From the NCBI GenBank assembly GCA_964472005.1, contig CAYYIQ010000003.1, positions 1-36,795 on the forward strand: a stretch of DNA of 36,795 nucleotides, written 5' to 3'. Made by a program: the position numbers and the translations under genes. This stretch comes from an uncultured Bdellovibrionales bacterium. Its GTDB lineage: Bacteria > Bdellovibrionota_C > UBA2361 > SZUA-149 > DAOLCO01. The notes under the pieces were generated by a model. That model saw only the letters and a program-made list of their open reading frames with translations, had not been told where the DNA came from and did no database searches. Shown piece after piece: positions 18,378-27,384 of this stretch (position 1 is the first letter of the stretch; the number at the start of each line of letters is the position of its first letter).

Positions 18378-19112
18378 ATGAGGATTTATATCTTAACATG
18401 CGAGGATCCTCTTTTTTCGGATAGGATCTTTAAGCACCTGTTTAAGACACTTCCAAATCAAATTGTTGGTGTCGGATTTGCAGCCGGTCTAGTTACCTTT
18501 GATAGGGTTGTTGTCACTTTACTTGTATATGGACCAATCAATTTTTTGAAATTTGGCTTCGAAGTATTTAGAACAACACTCTTTGGTAGTGGCAAGGTTG
18601 AAAAAGTTTGTGCGGAAAACGGTATTTCTGTGGACAAGCCCAAGACAATCAAATCACAAGAATTTTTGGAAAACTTAAAACGCTTAGAACCAGATTTAAT
18701 TGTCTCGATTAATTGTAATGAAATCATTGGTAAGACGATCCGCGAAATTCCTAAATATGGGGTTATAAATCTTCATAACGGAGATTTGCCTCGTTATCGA
18801 GGATTGATGCCAATATTTCATGCAATTAGATTAAGAGAGAAGAGTATTGGTGTCTCAGTTCAAGAAATTGATTCAGGGAAACTTGATTCAGGTCCAATCT
18901 TGGGCCAAGAAAAAATGGATCTACTAGAGAAAGAAGACCTTCTATCTGCGTGGAGTAGGGCGACGGAGGTCGGTTCGAACCTACTTCTCAAAGTAATACG
19001 GAATTTGCAGAATAATGAGTGTCTTCCTCAGAAAAATGATGAGAAACTAGCTACTTATTATACACTTCCAAGTTTCAGGGAAATTTATCAATATTGGAAA
19101 ATCATAAAATAA
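18378..19112 (+). CDS. 10-formyl-THF-dependent formyltransferase (single catalytic domain)
   Basis: INLHNGDLPRYRG and LDSGPI carry the N/H/D triad. 244 aa, lacking the tRNA-binding C-domain of Fmt. Confidence 0.88.
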   Translation: MRIYILTCEDPLFSDRIFKHLFKTLPNQIVGVGFAAGLVTFDRVVVTLLVYGPINFLKFGFEVFRTTLFGSGKVEKVCAENGISVDKPKTIKSQEFLENLKRLEPDLIVSINCNEIIGKTIREIPKYGVINLHNGDLPRYRGLMPIFHAIRLREKSIGVSVQEIDSGKLDSGPILGQEKMDLLEKEDLLSAWSRATEVGSNLLLKVIRNLQNNECLPQKNDEKLATYYTLPSFREIYQYWKIIK

Positions 19113-19126
19113 GTTTGATCGACCTA

Positions 19127-21649
19127 ATGAATTTAATTAGAAACATAAAGTTATATTCAAAAACTAATATAGAGATTTTTGCGCTAGTTATTTTAGCTGC
19201 AGTTTTTTTAGGCAATGAAATTTTACTTTTACAAACTGATAGTTTTTGGAATTCGTACAGCTTCCCGTATAGCAAAACTTTCCCTATCTTAGCTATTCTT
19301 GCAGTCTTTTATTTTACTCAAGCAATGGTTTCGTCTAGTAGCATTCTTCGTTTGTTTGTACCTGTTACGATCTGGTTATTGTTTCTTTTTTGCGTTGCTA
19401 ACGATAAAATCGAGATTGTCCTTTTTTGCTTGTTCCTGCTGGGAAATTGGCTAGTTGTAAAGGGCTTTGCTGGAAGCCTAATGCATTTCTTTAATGTTAA
19501 TATTTCACTTGCAATTTCATATTTGATTTTTCAAGTAATATTGCAGTTTTACTATCTAATGTTGGCACTGATCGGACAACTAACTATCGAACTTGTATTT
19601 TTACCGATCTTTTTACTTGGATCGTATGGTTGCCTATTAACATTTTATAAAATTAGGAATGAAGGTCTACCAACTTCATCCTATAGACTTTCGGGTTATG
19701 ACTTAAATTCTAATTCAATTATTTTCTTTAGTATCATAATTTTTTCCATAGTCTTTATTTCAGGTTCAATTCCACAGACTTATACCGATGGTCTTGTTTA
19801 TCGCCTTCCTTTCCTTAAGGATCTTTTGGATACAGGTGCGATGCCAAGCCATCTATATCTTTGGGCGCGATTAATTCCTCAAAGCGTAGTTTTTCAGATG
19901 GTACCAGCTTATTTCGTATTTGGTGAGATCGGTGCCGTATGGACTGTGTTCACATTCTTAATCGCTTTGTTTTTTATCGTCGTAGAATTCTGTGACGAGT
20001 TGGAAATTTCTAAGGGCTTGGGGCTTTTTACCGCGTTCATGATTATTTCACATCCAGTCATCTGGTTGCTATCTACGGTTGTGTATAACGATATTCCAAT
20101 TGTGTGTTATTCGGTCTCTGGCCTTTTGTATCTCTTTAAATTTAGAAAAAATTCAAAGGAGCTAGATCTTCTATTCGCGTTAACTTTGTTGGCCTTCGCA
20201 TGTACAATAAAACTAAATGTGCCGATTTTTATCTTGGTAACATTAGTTACATGGATTTTGATTGATCCGAGAATAACAAAATTATTATTTAGGGTTCGAA
20301 ATATTTGGTCTGTTGGGATATCTTTATTGGTATTGTTACCTTGGTATTTATGGACATATTACGAAACAGGTAACCCATTTTTTCCTTTTTTGGGAAAATA
20401 TTTTAGCTCTAAGTTCCCCGCAGATACGATATTTACAGATGAAGCTAATAGTATGTTTGCTGCATTTGATAGTTTCATCGAATATCTCATGATTCCATGG
20501 TCATTAACTTTTAGCACTTCTAGGTTTGGCACCTATCCGAATGGCTCATTTGGACCTATCTTACTTTTTTTAACCCCATTCTTAATTTTTTCAATCATAA
20601 GATTAATTAAAGACGGTCTAATTTTTTCACCTGATACTAGAATTAGACTTATTCTAGTATTTGCTCCGTTATTGACGTTCCTAGGAGTCGGGTCGGTGAT
20701 TGGCTTATTATATTTTAGATATTCCCTTGCGGCATTTGTTACATTCGTTATCGGTGCTACCGCATTAATTGATCAATTGAAATTCAAAAATGTTAAACCT
20801 CTCCATACCCAGTTTGCATGTCTTTCACTTACTTTGTTCCTTGTCTTAGTAGGGGCCCGATCCAACTATGGAGTCACTGGAGGAATTGGAGATGAAATAT
20901 TTTCAGGAGAAGTGAGTGAGGACGAATTTAAGAATAGGTTAACTCACGGTGTCGATGATTATTTAAATGAGGTTTTAGAGAAGGATGAAAACGTAATCTC
21001 TTATATCTTTTTCCCGATAAACAGAATCAAAAATGAAGTATATTTTGTTTCGACCAAAACTTCTTTATTTGGCCAAGTTCTTGAACCTGAATCCTTTGGG
21101 GTATTTACTAAAAAACATAAGATAAGATATGCGATCGTAAATAATTCAAACATTCCTGAATTTTTAAACACAGCAGGCTTCTTTGGCCAAGTTTTTCGTG
21201 ATGAAGGATTGGTATACGGTTCCGGAAATTATGCAATATATGATCTGTGGCAAGGGGGGCGGGGAAACTGGTTAAAGCATTCTTTATTTGGGGATGAGTT
21301 AAATGATAAGATTGAAGTTTCGGCTAATCCAGACGAGTGGCTTGTTCGTGAATTTCCGATTGATAAAAAAGTTGAACTTGTGAGAGGTAAGGTTAAGGTC
21401 GTTACAAAAGAAGAAAAATCATCTCTATTAGTAAATTTGGTTGAATACGACGCGAACAATCGTGAATTACGACAAGAAATACCTGCAAAGGAATTGCTTC
21501 GAGAAGTGGAAGATGAGTTGAAATTTGTTTTTAAGCCATTAAATGACACTACAAAGGTTAAGATAATTGTACATCCTTGGAGAGAGGTAGATGGTAGTAT
21601 ATTTGTTCTAGAAGGAGAGGTTTATTTTAAAATGGGCAAGGACAAATGA
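19127..21649 (+). CDS. Large multi-TM protein, GT-C (ArnT/PMT-like) glycosyltransferase candidate with soluble C-terminal domain
   Basis: More than 12 hydrophobic segments, loop motifs TDGLVYRL, YNDIP, TIKLN and LPWY…Y..TGNPFFPF, plus a beta-rich C-terminal region. ATG 19127 preferred over TTG 19094. Confidence 0.6.
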   Translation: MNLIRNIKLYSKTNIEIFALVILAAVFLGNEILLLQTDSFWNSYSFPYSKTFPILAILAVFYFTQAMVSSSSILRLFVPVTIWLLFLFCVANDKIEIVLFCLFLLGNWLVVKGFAGSLMHFFNVNISLAISYLIFQVILQFYYLMLALIGQLTIELVFLPIFLLGSYGCLLTFYKIRNEGLPTSSYRLSGYDLNSNSIIFFSIIIFSIVFISGSIPQTYTDGLVYRLPFLKDLLDTGAMPSHLYLWARLIPQSVVFQMVPAYFVFGEIGAVWTVFTFLIALFFIVVEFCDELEISKGLGLFTAFMIISHPVIWLLSTVVYNDIPIVCYSVSGLLYLFKFRKNSKELDLLFALTLLAFACTIKLNVPIFILVTLVTWILIDPRITKLLFRVRNIWSVGISLLVLLPWYLWTYYETGNPFFPFLGKYFSSKFPADTIFTDEANSMFAAFDSFIEYLMIPWSLTFSTSRFGTYPNGSFGPILLFLTPFLIFSIIRLIKDGLIFSPDTRIRLILVFAPLLTFLGVGSVIGLLYFRYSLAAFVTFVIGATALIDQLKFKNVKPLHTQFACLSLTLFLVLVGARSNYGVTGGIGDEIFSGEVSEDEFKNRLTHGVDDYLNEVLEKDENVISYIFFPINRIKNEVYFVSTKTSLFGQVLEPESFGVFTKKHKIRYAIVNNSNIPEFLNTAGFFGQVFRDEGLVYGSGNYAIYDLWQGGRGNWLKHSLFGDELNDKIEVSANPDEWLVREFPIDKKVELVRGKVKVVTKEEKSSLLVNLVEYDANNRELRQEIPAKELLREVEDELKFVFKPLNDTTKVKIIVHPWREVDGSIFVLEGEVYFKMGKDK

Positions 21650-22431
21650 GTATCACAAAGTTAAAATATTTTATTGCAAAGAAATTAGATTCTAATTTAA
21701 TTTTGTCTCATTTGATTTACGGAATAGTCGGAAGATTCAAATTTTTACTGCCTCATGATAAATCTTACTTTGGACTCTATAAGTTTTTTGAAAAAAAAAA
21801 TGGGGTTCGCATCTTGGATGTCGGAGCTAATAATGGAATCTCGGCGTTGTCCTTTAAAAAATTGTATCCAAATTCACAAATAACGTCATTTGAACCCAAT
21901 CCTCGACATAGAAAATCTCTCGAAAGAGCTTGCAAGCAAAATTCGGGTATTCAATTCCAAATGCTTGGAGTCGGTGAGACTGCAGGGGTGCTTACTTTTT
22001 ATCAGCCTACTTTAAATAATGTTGCTTTGCACACCGCAACAAGCACAGATCTAAATTTTGTGAAATTACAACTTGCTGGAATCGGGATTGATATCTCTAA
22101 AGTCGAATTTGATGAGTTTACAAGCCCTGTTATTAATTTGGATTCGCTAGATTTGAGTCCGCATATTATTAAAATTGATTGTGAAGGTTTCGAGTTGCCA
22201 ATTCTAAAAGGTGCGAAGGAGACCATTAGAACTCATAAACCTATAATCTTGACTGAATACTCTGCGGAAATATCTGGAGTAGAATATGTTCAAGAATTTC
22301 ATGATTTTATATCCTCCATTGGATATGAAGCAAAATATTTTGAAAATGACTCGAATTCTATGAGAGAATATAAGTTCGGTGACTTTCGTTCTGAAACAGG
22401 AAGTCGAAATATTTTTTTGATACCTTTATGA
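21646..22431 (+). CDS. FkbM-family SAM-dependent methyltransferase
   Basis: ILDVGANNG, SFEPNP and IKIDCEGFELPILKGAKETI..HKPII. ATGA overlap with the upstream gene. Confidence 0.9.
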   Translation: MSITKLKYFIAKKLDSNLILSHLIYGIVGRFKFLLPHDKSYFGLYKFFEKKNGVRILDVGANNGISALSFKKLYPNSQITSFEPNPRHRKSLERACKQNSGIQFQMLGVGETAGVLTFYQPTLNNVALHTATSTDLNFVKLQLAGIGIDISKVEFDEFTSPVINLDSLDLSPHIIKIDCEGFELPILKGAKETIRTHKPIILTEYSAEISGVEYVQEFHDFISSIGYEAKYFENDSNSMREYKFGDFRSETGSRNIFLIPL

Positions 22432-22452
22432 TGGTAAGCAATTGGATTAATT

Positions 22453-23478
22453 ATGAAAGCCTTAATTAAAGATAAGAATGAAGCTGGACTAACTCTTCTT
22501 GAGATTGCTGAACCAACAATAGGTGCGAGAGACGTTTTAATTAAGGTTATTAAGACGGGTATCTGTGGAACTGACCTGCATATTTACGAGTGGGACGATT
22601 GGGCCAGTAATACAATCAAAGTACCATTGACTATCGGCCATGAATTTGTTGGTAAGATAGTTGAGCTCGGTAGTGACGTGAAGAGTTTCTCGGTCGGTGA
22701 TTTAGTCAGTGGTGAAGGACATTTGGTATGCGGTCAGTGTCGTAATTGTCTCGCAGGAAGAAGGCATCTATGCTCTTTTACCCTTGGCCTAGGGGTTAAT
22801 CGAGATGGAGCTTTTGCTGAATATGTCTCTATTCCTGAATCAAATGTTTGGTTGCATGATAAAGATGTTAATATGGACGTCGCCGCAATCTTTGATCCAT
22901 TCGGGAATGCAGTGCACACAGCCTATTCTTTCTCACTATTAGGTGAAGATGTGGTGGTTACGGGAGCTGGCCCAATTGGAATCATGTCAGCAATTGTTGC
23001 AAGGCATGCGGGCGCTCGGAATGTTGTCATTACGGATCCTAATCCATATCGGAGGGAGCTTGCTAAAAAATTTGGAGTGACCTTAGCGATAGATCCAACA
23101 ATAGAATCATTGGCAGAAGTCCAAAAGAAATTGGGAATGAAAATAGGCTTTGATGTTGGGTTTGAAATGTCTGGTAATGGCACTGCTTTTAAAGAAATGA
23201 TTTGCAATATGGCGCATGGTGGAAAGATCGCGTTACTCGGAATTCCGGCACAAGGTTATGACATAGATTGGAAGCAGGTCATTTTTAAAATGTTGACGTT
23301 AAAAGGAATCTACGGCCGGGAAATGTTTGAAACTTGGTATCAGATGAATGTGTTAACTAGGGGAGGGCTTGATATCTCACCAATTATTACCCATCAGTTT
23401 CATTTCAGCGAATATGAGGACGCATTTAAAACAATGAAGTCGAAGGAATCGGGTAAGATTATTTTAAATTGGGAATAG
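22453..23478 (+). CDS. tdh: L-threonine 3-dehydrogenase
   Basis: [43 protein letters not shown] and [13 protein letters not shown]. Confidence 0.96.
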   Translation: MKALIKDKNEAGLTLLEIAEPTIGARDVLIKVIKTGICGTDLHIYEWDDWASNTIKVPLTIGHEFVGKIVELGSDVKSFSVGDLVSGEGHLVCGQCRNCLAGRRHLCSFTLGLGVNRDGAFAEYVSIPESNVWLHDKDVNMDVAAIFDPFGNAVHTAYSFSLLGEDVVVTGAGPIGIMSAIVARHAGARNVVITDPNPYRRELAKKFGVTLAIDPTIESLAEVQKKLGMKIGFDVGFEMSGNGTAFKEMICNMAHGGKIALLGIPAQGYDIDWKQVIFKMLTLKGIYGREMFETWYQMNVLTRGGLDISPIITHQFHFSEYEDAFKTMKSKESGKIILNWE

Positions 23479-23483
23479 GTATA

Positions 23484-24677
23484 ATGAAAGAAAATGATAC
23501 TTTCTATTTGCAGCTTGGAGAAATTCTAAAATCGATTTCAAATGACGGGCTTTACAAAAACGAAACAATTATCTCAAGCCCGCAAGATTCGTATATCTCA
23601 GTTGGAAATAGAAAAAAGATATTAAATCTTTGCTCAAACAACTATTTAGGTCTCGCTAATAATAATGAAATTAAGGCCGCTGCGATTCAGGGTATTAAAG
23701 ACTGGGGCTATGGATTATCTTCTGTTCGGTTTATTTGTGGTGCTCAGGAAATTCATAAGCAACTTGAAGATAGTCTTAGTAAATTTTTAATGACAGATGA
23801 TACTATCTTATATAGTTCCTGTTTCGACGCAAATGGAGGTCTCTTTGAGACTATATTAGGTCAAGGAGATGTTATTGTTTCTGACGAACTAAATCATGCA
23901 AGTATTATTGATGGAATAAGATTGTGTAAATCTGCGAGAATTCGTTATCGTAATAATGATCCAGAAGATTTAGAGAGAAAGTTAAAAGAAATAAAAACAA
24001 GTGGAAAAATTTTAGTTGTTACAGATGGCGTTTTCTCAATGGACGGAATTATCGCTAATCTTAAAGATATATCAACGGTATGTAAAAAATATAATGCATT
24101 ATTGATGGTCGATGACTCCCATGCTGTAGGCTTTGTTGGAAAAGGGGGGAGAGGCACACATGAGTATCATGATCTATTGGGGAATGTTGATATCCTTTCA
24201 GGTACCTTTGGAAAAGCGTTAGGTGGAGCATCGGGTGGCTATATTACGGGTCGACAAGAAATTGTCTCATTGTTGCGACAACGATCAAGACCCTACCTTT
24301 TTTCAAATTCTCTCGCACCAATGATTGTCGTCGCGACTTTGAAAGCATTGGATATTATATCGAGAGATGGCTCTCTTAAGGAAAGACTTGATGATAATAC
24401 TAAGTACTTTAGATCAGAAATTTCGAAATTGGGGTTGGATATAATTAGAGGAGAACATCCAATAGTTCCAATAATGTTGGGAGATGCTCATCTAGCAGGG
24501 GAGTTTTCTAGGCAGTTGTTAGAAAGAAACCTTCTAGCAGTTAGTTTCTCCTTTCCGGTCGTGCCAAAAGGGAAAGCTAGAATAAGGACACAAATTTCAG
24601 CAGCACTCACTCGACAGGACTTAGATTTAGCAATTGAGATTTTTCATGATGTTAAAAACTTACTTTGTAAGAGTTAG
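23484..24677 (+). CDS. kbl: Glycine C-acetyltransferase (2-amino-3-ketobutyrate CoA ligase)
   Basis: NNYLGL, SSVRFICG, SCFDANGG, NHASIIDG, DDSH, GTFGKALGG, RQRSRPYLFSN and PVVPKGKARIRTQ. Confidence 0.96.
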   Translation: MKENDTFYLQLGEILKSISNDGLYKNETIISSPQDSYISVGNRKKILNLCSNNYLGLANNNEIKAAAIQGIKDWGYGLSSVRFICGAQEIHKQLEDSLSKFLMTDDTILYSSCFDANGGLFETILGQGDVIVSDELNHASIIDGIRLCKSARIRYRNNDPEDLERKLKEIKTSGKILVVTDGVFSMDGIIANLKDISTVCKKYNALLMVDDSHAVGFVGKGGRGTHEYHDLLGNVDILSGTFGKALGGASGGYITGRQEIVSLLRQRSRPYLFSNSLAPMIVVATLKALDIISRDGSLKERLDDNTKYFRSEISKLGLDIIRGEHPIVPIMLGDAHLAGEFSRQLLERNLLAVSFSFPVVPKGKARIRTQISAALTRQDLDLAIEIFHDVKNLLCKS

Positions 24678-24700
24678 AAGGACTATTAAACCTTAGTATT

Positions 24701-24742
24701 AAAGAAAAAGTATGACCATAATTTAAAAGTATGGCCATACTT
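24701..24742 (-). terminator. Intrinsic terminator downstream of the tandem csrA
   Basis: The minus strand reads AAGTATGGCCATA-cttttaaat-TATGGTCATACTT (13-bp stem with one G-U pair), followed by TTTCTTT. It starts 38 nt after the csrA stop. Confidence 0.65.
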
Positions 24743-24780
24743 ATTTAAAATTGTCGTGGAATCCATTTTGTTATCCAAGT

Positions 24781-25251
24781 TTATTTTTTATCGCGACCTC
24801 GATGAATTGCATTGTATACCTCTTCTCGATGCACCGGAACTTCTTTGGGAGCTTCAATACCAAGGCGTACTTTATCTCCCCTGATATCAACAACTTCGAT
24901 AAAAACATCATCCGCAATTAGAATGCGTTCATTCCGACGTCGGCTGAGAACGAGCATGCCTCCGAGTTCCCCCATTTCCTTATGACTAGCAACAACATTA
25001 TTTTCGATGGTCGGTACGTCTAGGGGAGCGACAATTTTTTCTTCAATCTCTACGACCTCGACCTTACTATTTTTAAGATCAAGTTTGCTTTGACGTTGAA
25101 TTTCATCGTAGATCTCTTGCCGATGAATGGGAACTTCTCGTGGAGCGTTTATTCCAAGTCGGACTCGATTGCCTCTAATTTCAACCACGGTAATGAAAAT
25201 GTTATCACCGATAATTATTCTTTCGTCTTCGAACCTACTAAGTACCAACAT
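24781..25251 (-). CDS. csrA: Tandem double-domain CsrA/RsmA-family RNA-binding protein
   Basis: Two full CsrA domains: aa 1-54 (MLVLSR…VRLGINAPREVPIHRQEIY) and aa 99-156 (MLVLSR…VRLGIEAPKEVPVHREEVY). GGAGG lies 9 nt before the ATG. Confidence 0.93.
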   Translation of the reverse strand: MLVLSRFEDERIIIGDNIFITVVEIRGNRVRLGINAPREVPIHRQEIYDEIQRQSKLDLKNSKVEVVEIEEKIVAPLDVPTIENNVVASHKEMGELGGMLVLSRRRNERILIADDVFIEVVDIRGDKVRLGIEAPKEVPVHREEVYNAIHRGRDKK

Positions 25252-25296
25252 CTTTTGGTACCTCCGAATAAGGGAGTGAAAAAACTAAAAACAAGC

Positions 25297-25302
25297 ATTA
25301 TA
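25297..25302 (-). promoter_or_regulatory. Putative -10 box (TATAAT) for csrA
   Basis: Exact TATAAT on the minus strand, 45 nt upstream of the csrA ATG. No consensus -35 at 17-nt spacing (that position lies inside the inverted repeat). Confidence 0.4.
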
Positions 25303-25303
25303 C

Positions 25304-25352
25304 ACTGCTCTGCTTGATACTTCTCTATTGGAGAAGTATCAAGCAGAGCAGT
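25304..25352. repeat. Perfect 22-bp inverted repeat with 5-nt spacer
   Basis: ACTGCTCTGCTTGATACTTCTC (25304-25325) - TATTG - GAGAAGTATCAAGCAGAGCAGT (25331-25352). Confidence 0.95.
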
Positions 25353-25597
25353 ATGACAAATAGTTTTACAACCATCTGTTAGTTGAATTTTCACTACGAT
25401 AAATCAGGAAAACCTAGCTACCTTCTAACCGCGGGGTAAGTACCATAAATTGGTCGGAAATAGAAGGGTCTTAATAGATACCTGATAATATTAGAGAATT
25501 ACTGAGGTTGAGGAATCATTCAGAAGATATTTTTGTGTGTAGGAGGTGTTCTTAATGGTTAAGCGGCTGTACTGCATGACGTTCTGTGAATGTCGGG

Positions 25598-26950
25598 TCA
25601 GCATTCAGTTATATTCACGGCGAGTCCACCTTTCGATGTTTCTTTGTAGATATCTTGCATATCTTCGCCTGTTGTTTTCATTGTTTTGATAACTTTATCT
25701 AGACTGACAATGTGGTCGCCATCTCCCTGAAGAGCTAGGCGAGATGCATTTATAGCTTTAATCGCGCCCATCGCGTTTCTTTCAATGCAGGGAACTTGAA
25801 CAAGTCCAGCAATTGGGTCACAAGTTAAACCAAGATTGTGTTCCATTCCGATTTCAGCGGCATTTTCAACTTGTTCTGGTGTACCACCCATTACCTCGGT
25901 CAACCCAGCTGCTGCCATGGAACATGCAACACCGACTTCACCTTGACAACCAACTTCGGCTCCCGAAATTGAAGCATTTGTTTTAAAAAGTATTCCAATT
26001 GCGGTTGCAGTTAATAAGAATTTTTCAATTCCAATTTCGTTACCGTTACAAAAGTTAACATAGTATTTTAAAACTGCGGGTATAATACCTGCAGCACCAT
26101 TAGTTGGTGCTGTCACTACTCTTCCACCAGCAGCATTTTGTTCGTTTACTGCAATTGCATATAAACTAACCCAGTCCATGATTTTAAGTGGATCCAAAGA
26201 ACTAGATTGGGTGGATAGCTTTTGGTTTAACGAGAAAGCTCTCCTTCTAACTTTTAAACCGCCGGGTAAGATTCCTTCTGTATTACAGCCTTGTTCGATA
26301 CTTAGGTCCATCGCATTCCAAATCTTCATAATTTGGATTTTTACCTTTAATTCGGATTGCCAGCTGCATTCATTCTCCCAAATCGCAGTTGATATACTTA
26401 TTTTTCTATCTTTGCATAATTCGAGCAACTCCTTACCAGTCCTAAAATAGTGCGGCGGGTTTAATTGGGTTAAGGCTTCTTCGTCAGACGTTTTTACAAA
26501 GCCGCCGCCAACAGAATAATATATTTTTTCAAGGATTAGTTTTTTATTTTCGAACGCCTGAAATTTCATGGCATTCGAATGAAACGGGAGGGTGTCTACT
26601 CGATTGAAAATAAGATCGGTTTGATGATTATATGGGATGTTATGTTTTTTTAGTAACTTTATTTTACCTGTGGCTATAATTTTTTCGATTCTTTTTTCGA
26701 TTTTTTGAATTAGAATTTCTTCAGGAATTTCCCCTTCGAGACCCATTAGTATAGCTTTTTCACTTCCGTGAGCCTTGCCCGTGAATCCCAGAGAACCAAA
26801 GAGTTCAACTCTAATACCATTTGTTTTTGAGATTAGATTTGCAGAATTAAGGTTCGTAGCGAATAATTTCGCGGCTTTCATTGGGCCAACAGTGTGGGAG
26901 CTTGAAGGTCCTATTCCGATTGAAAACAAATCAAAAATTGAAAGATTCAT
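25598..26950 (-). CDS. sdaA: L-serine ammonia-lyase, Fe-S dependent, single chain
   Basis: [49 protein letters not shown] and [20 protein letters not shown]. Confidence 0.96.
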   Translation of the reverse strand: MNLSIFDLFSIGIGPSSSHTVGPMKAAKLFATNLNSANLISKTNGIRVELFGSLGFTGKAHGSEKAILMGLEGEIPEEILIQKIEKRIEKIIATGKIKLLKKHNIPYNHQTDLIFNRVDTLPFHSNAMKFQAFENKKLILEKIYYSVGGGFVKTSDEEALTQLNPPHYFRTGKELLELCKDRKISISTAIWENECSWQSELKVKIQIMKIWNAMDLSIEQGCNTEGILPGGLKVRRRAFSLNQKLSTQSSSLDPLKIMDWVSLYAIAVNEQNAAGGRVVTAPTNGAAGIIPAVLKYYVNFCNGNEIGIEKFLLTATAIGILFKTNASISGAEVGCQGEVGVACSMAAAGLTEVMGGTPEQVENAAEIGMEHNLGLTCDPIAGLVQVPCIERNAMGAIKAINASRLALQGDGDHIVSLDKVIKTMKTTGEDMQDIYKETSKGGLAVNITEC

Positions 26951-26990
26951 AGATCTATCTTAGCAGTAAATCCCAGAACCTGCTCAAGTA

Positions 26991-27140
26991 TTAATGACTT
27001 GTAATTTCTGGTATACTGATTGAATCGGAGTTACCCTGACTCAAAGCGGGTATTCCTGCAAAGCATACTAGTGAAAGAAACAACAAAATCGTAAAAATAA
27101 ACTCTAATACCCGTTCACGATTTTTGTCTGTTGCGTTCAT
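26991..27140 (-). CDS. Putative 49-aa single-TM small protein (not in ORF track)
   Basis: ATG 27140 to TAA 26991 gives MNATDKNRERVLEFIFTILLFLSLVCFAGIPALSQGNSDSISIPEITSH. It is co-oriented between mrcB and sdaA and ends 40 nt before sdaA. No clear SD. Confidence 0.5.
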   Translation of the reverse strand: MNATDKNRERVLEFIFTILLFLSLVCFAGIPALSQGNSDSISIPEITSH

Positions 27141-27384
27141 AGTTATTTTATACTTCTAGGTTGTGGTTACCTATATTATTTCGACAAAACTATTGATTAA
27201 CTTAATAAATTGAGGCGGTAATAAAGAATACTTTCTTTATTCTAGGATGAGATTTTATTTCAAAAAGCGAAAAACTATTGTTTTAACAGTTCTTAACGCT
27301 TCAAAAGAGAATTTTTTGTGTTTTCTCTTAAACTCTCCTTTGAATTTTCAATATGTTTAGACAGATTTTAAGCGTTGAGGCTTA

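Noticed and set aside
25353-25597. Possible CsrB-like sRNA next to csrA
   Set aside because: Only four GGA on the + strand, none in clear hairpin loops, and no terminator.
26951-27384. Glycine riboswitch or structured RNA upstream of sdaA
   Set aside because: No GGAGA…CCGAAG…CTCTCAGG core on the minus strand. The short complementary segments fall within the 49-aa ORF.
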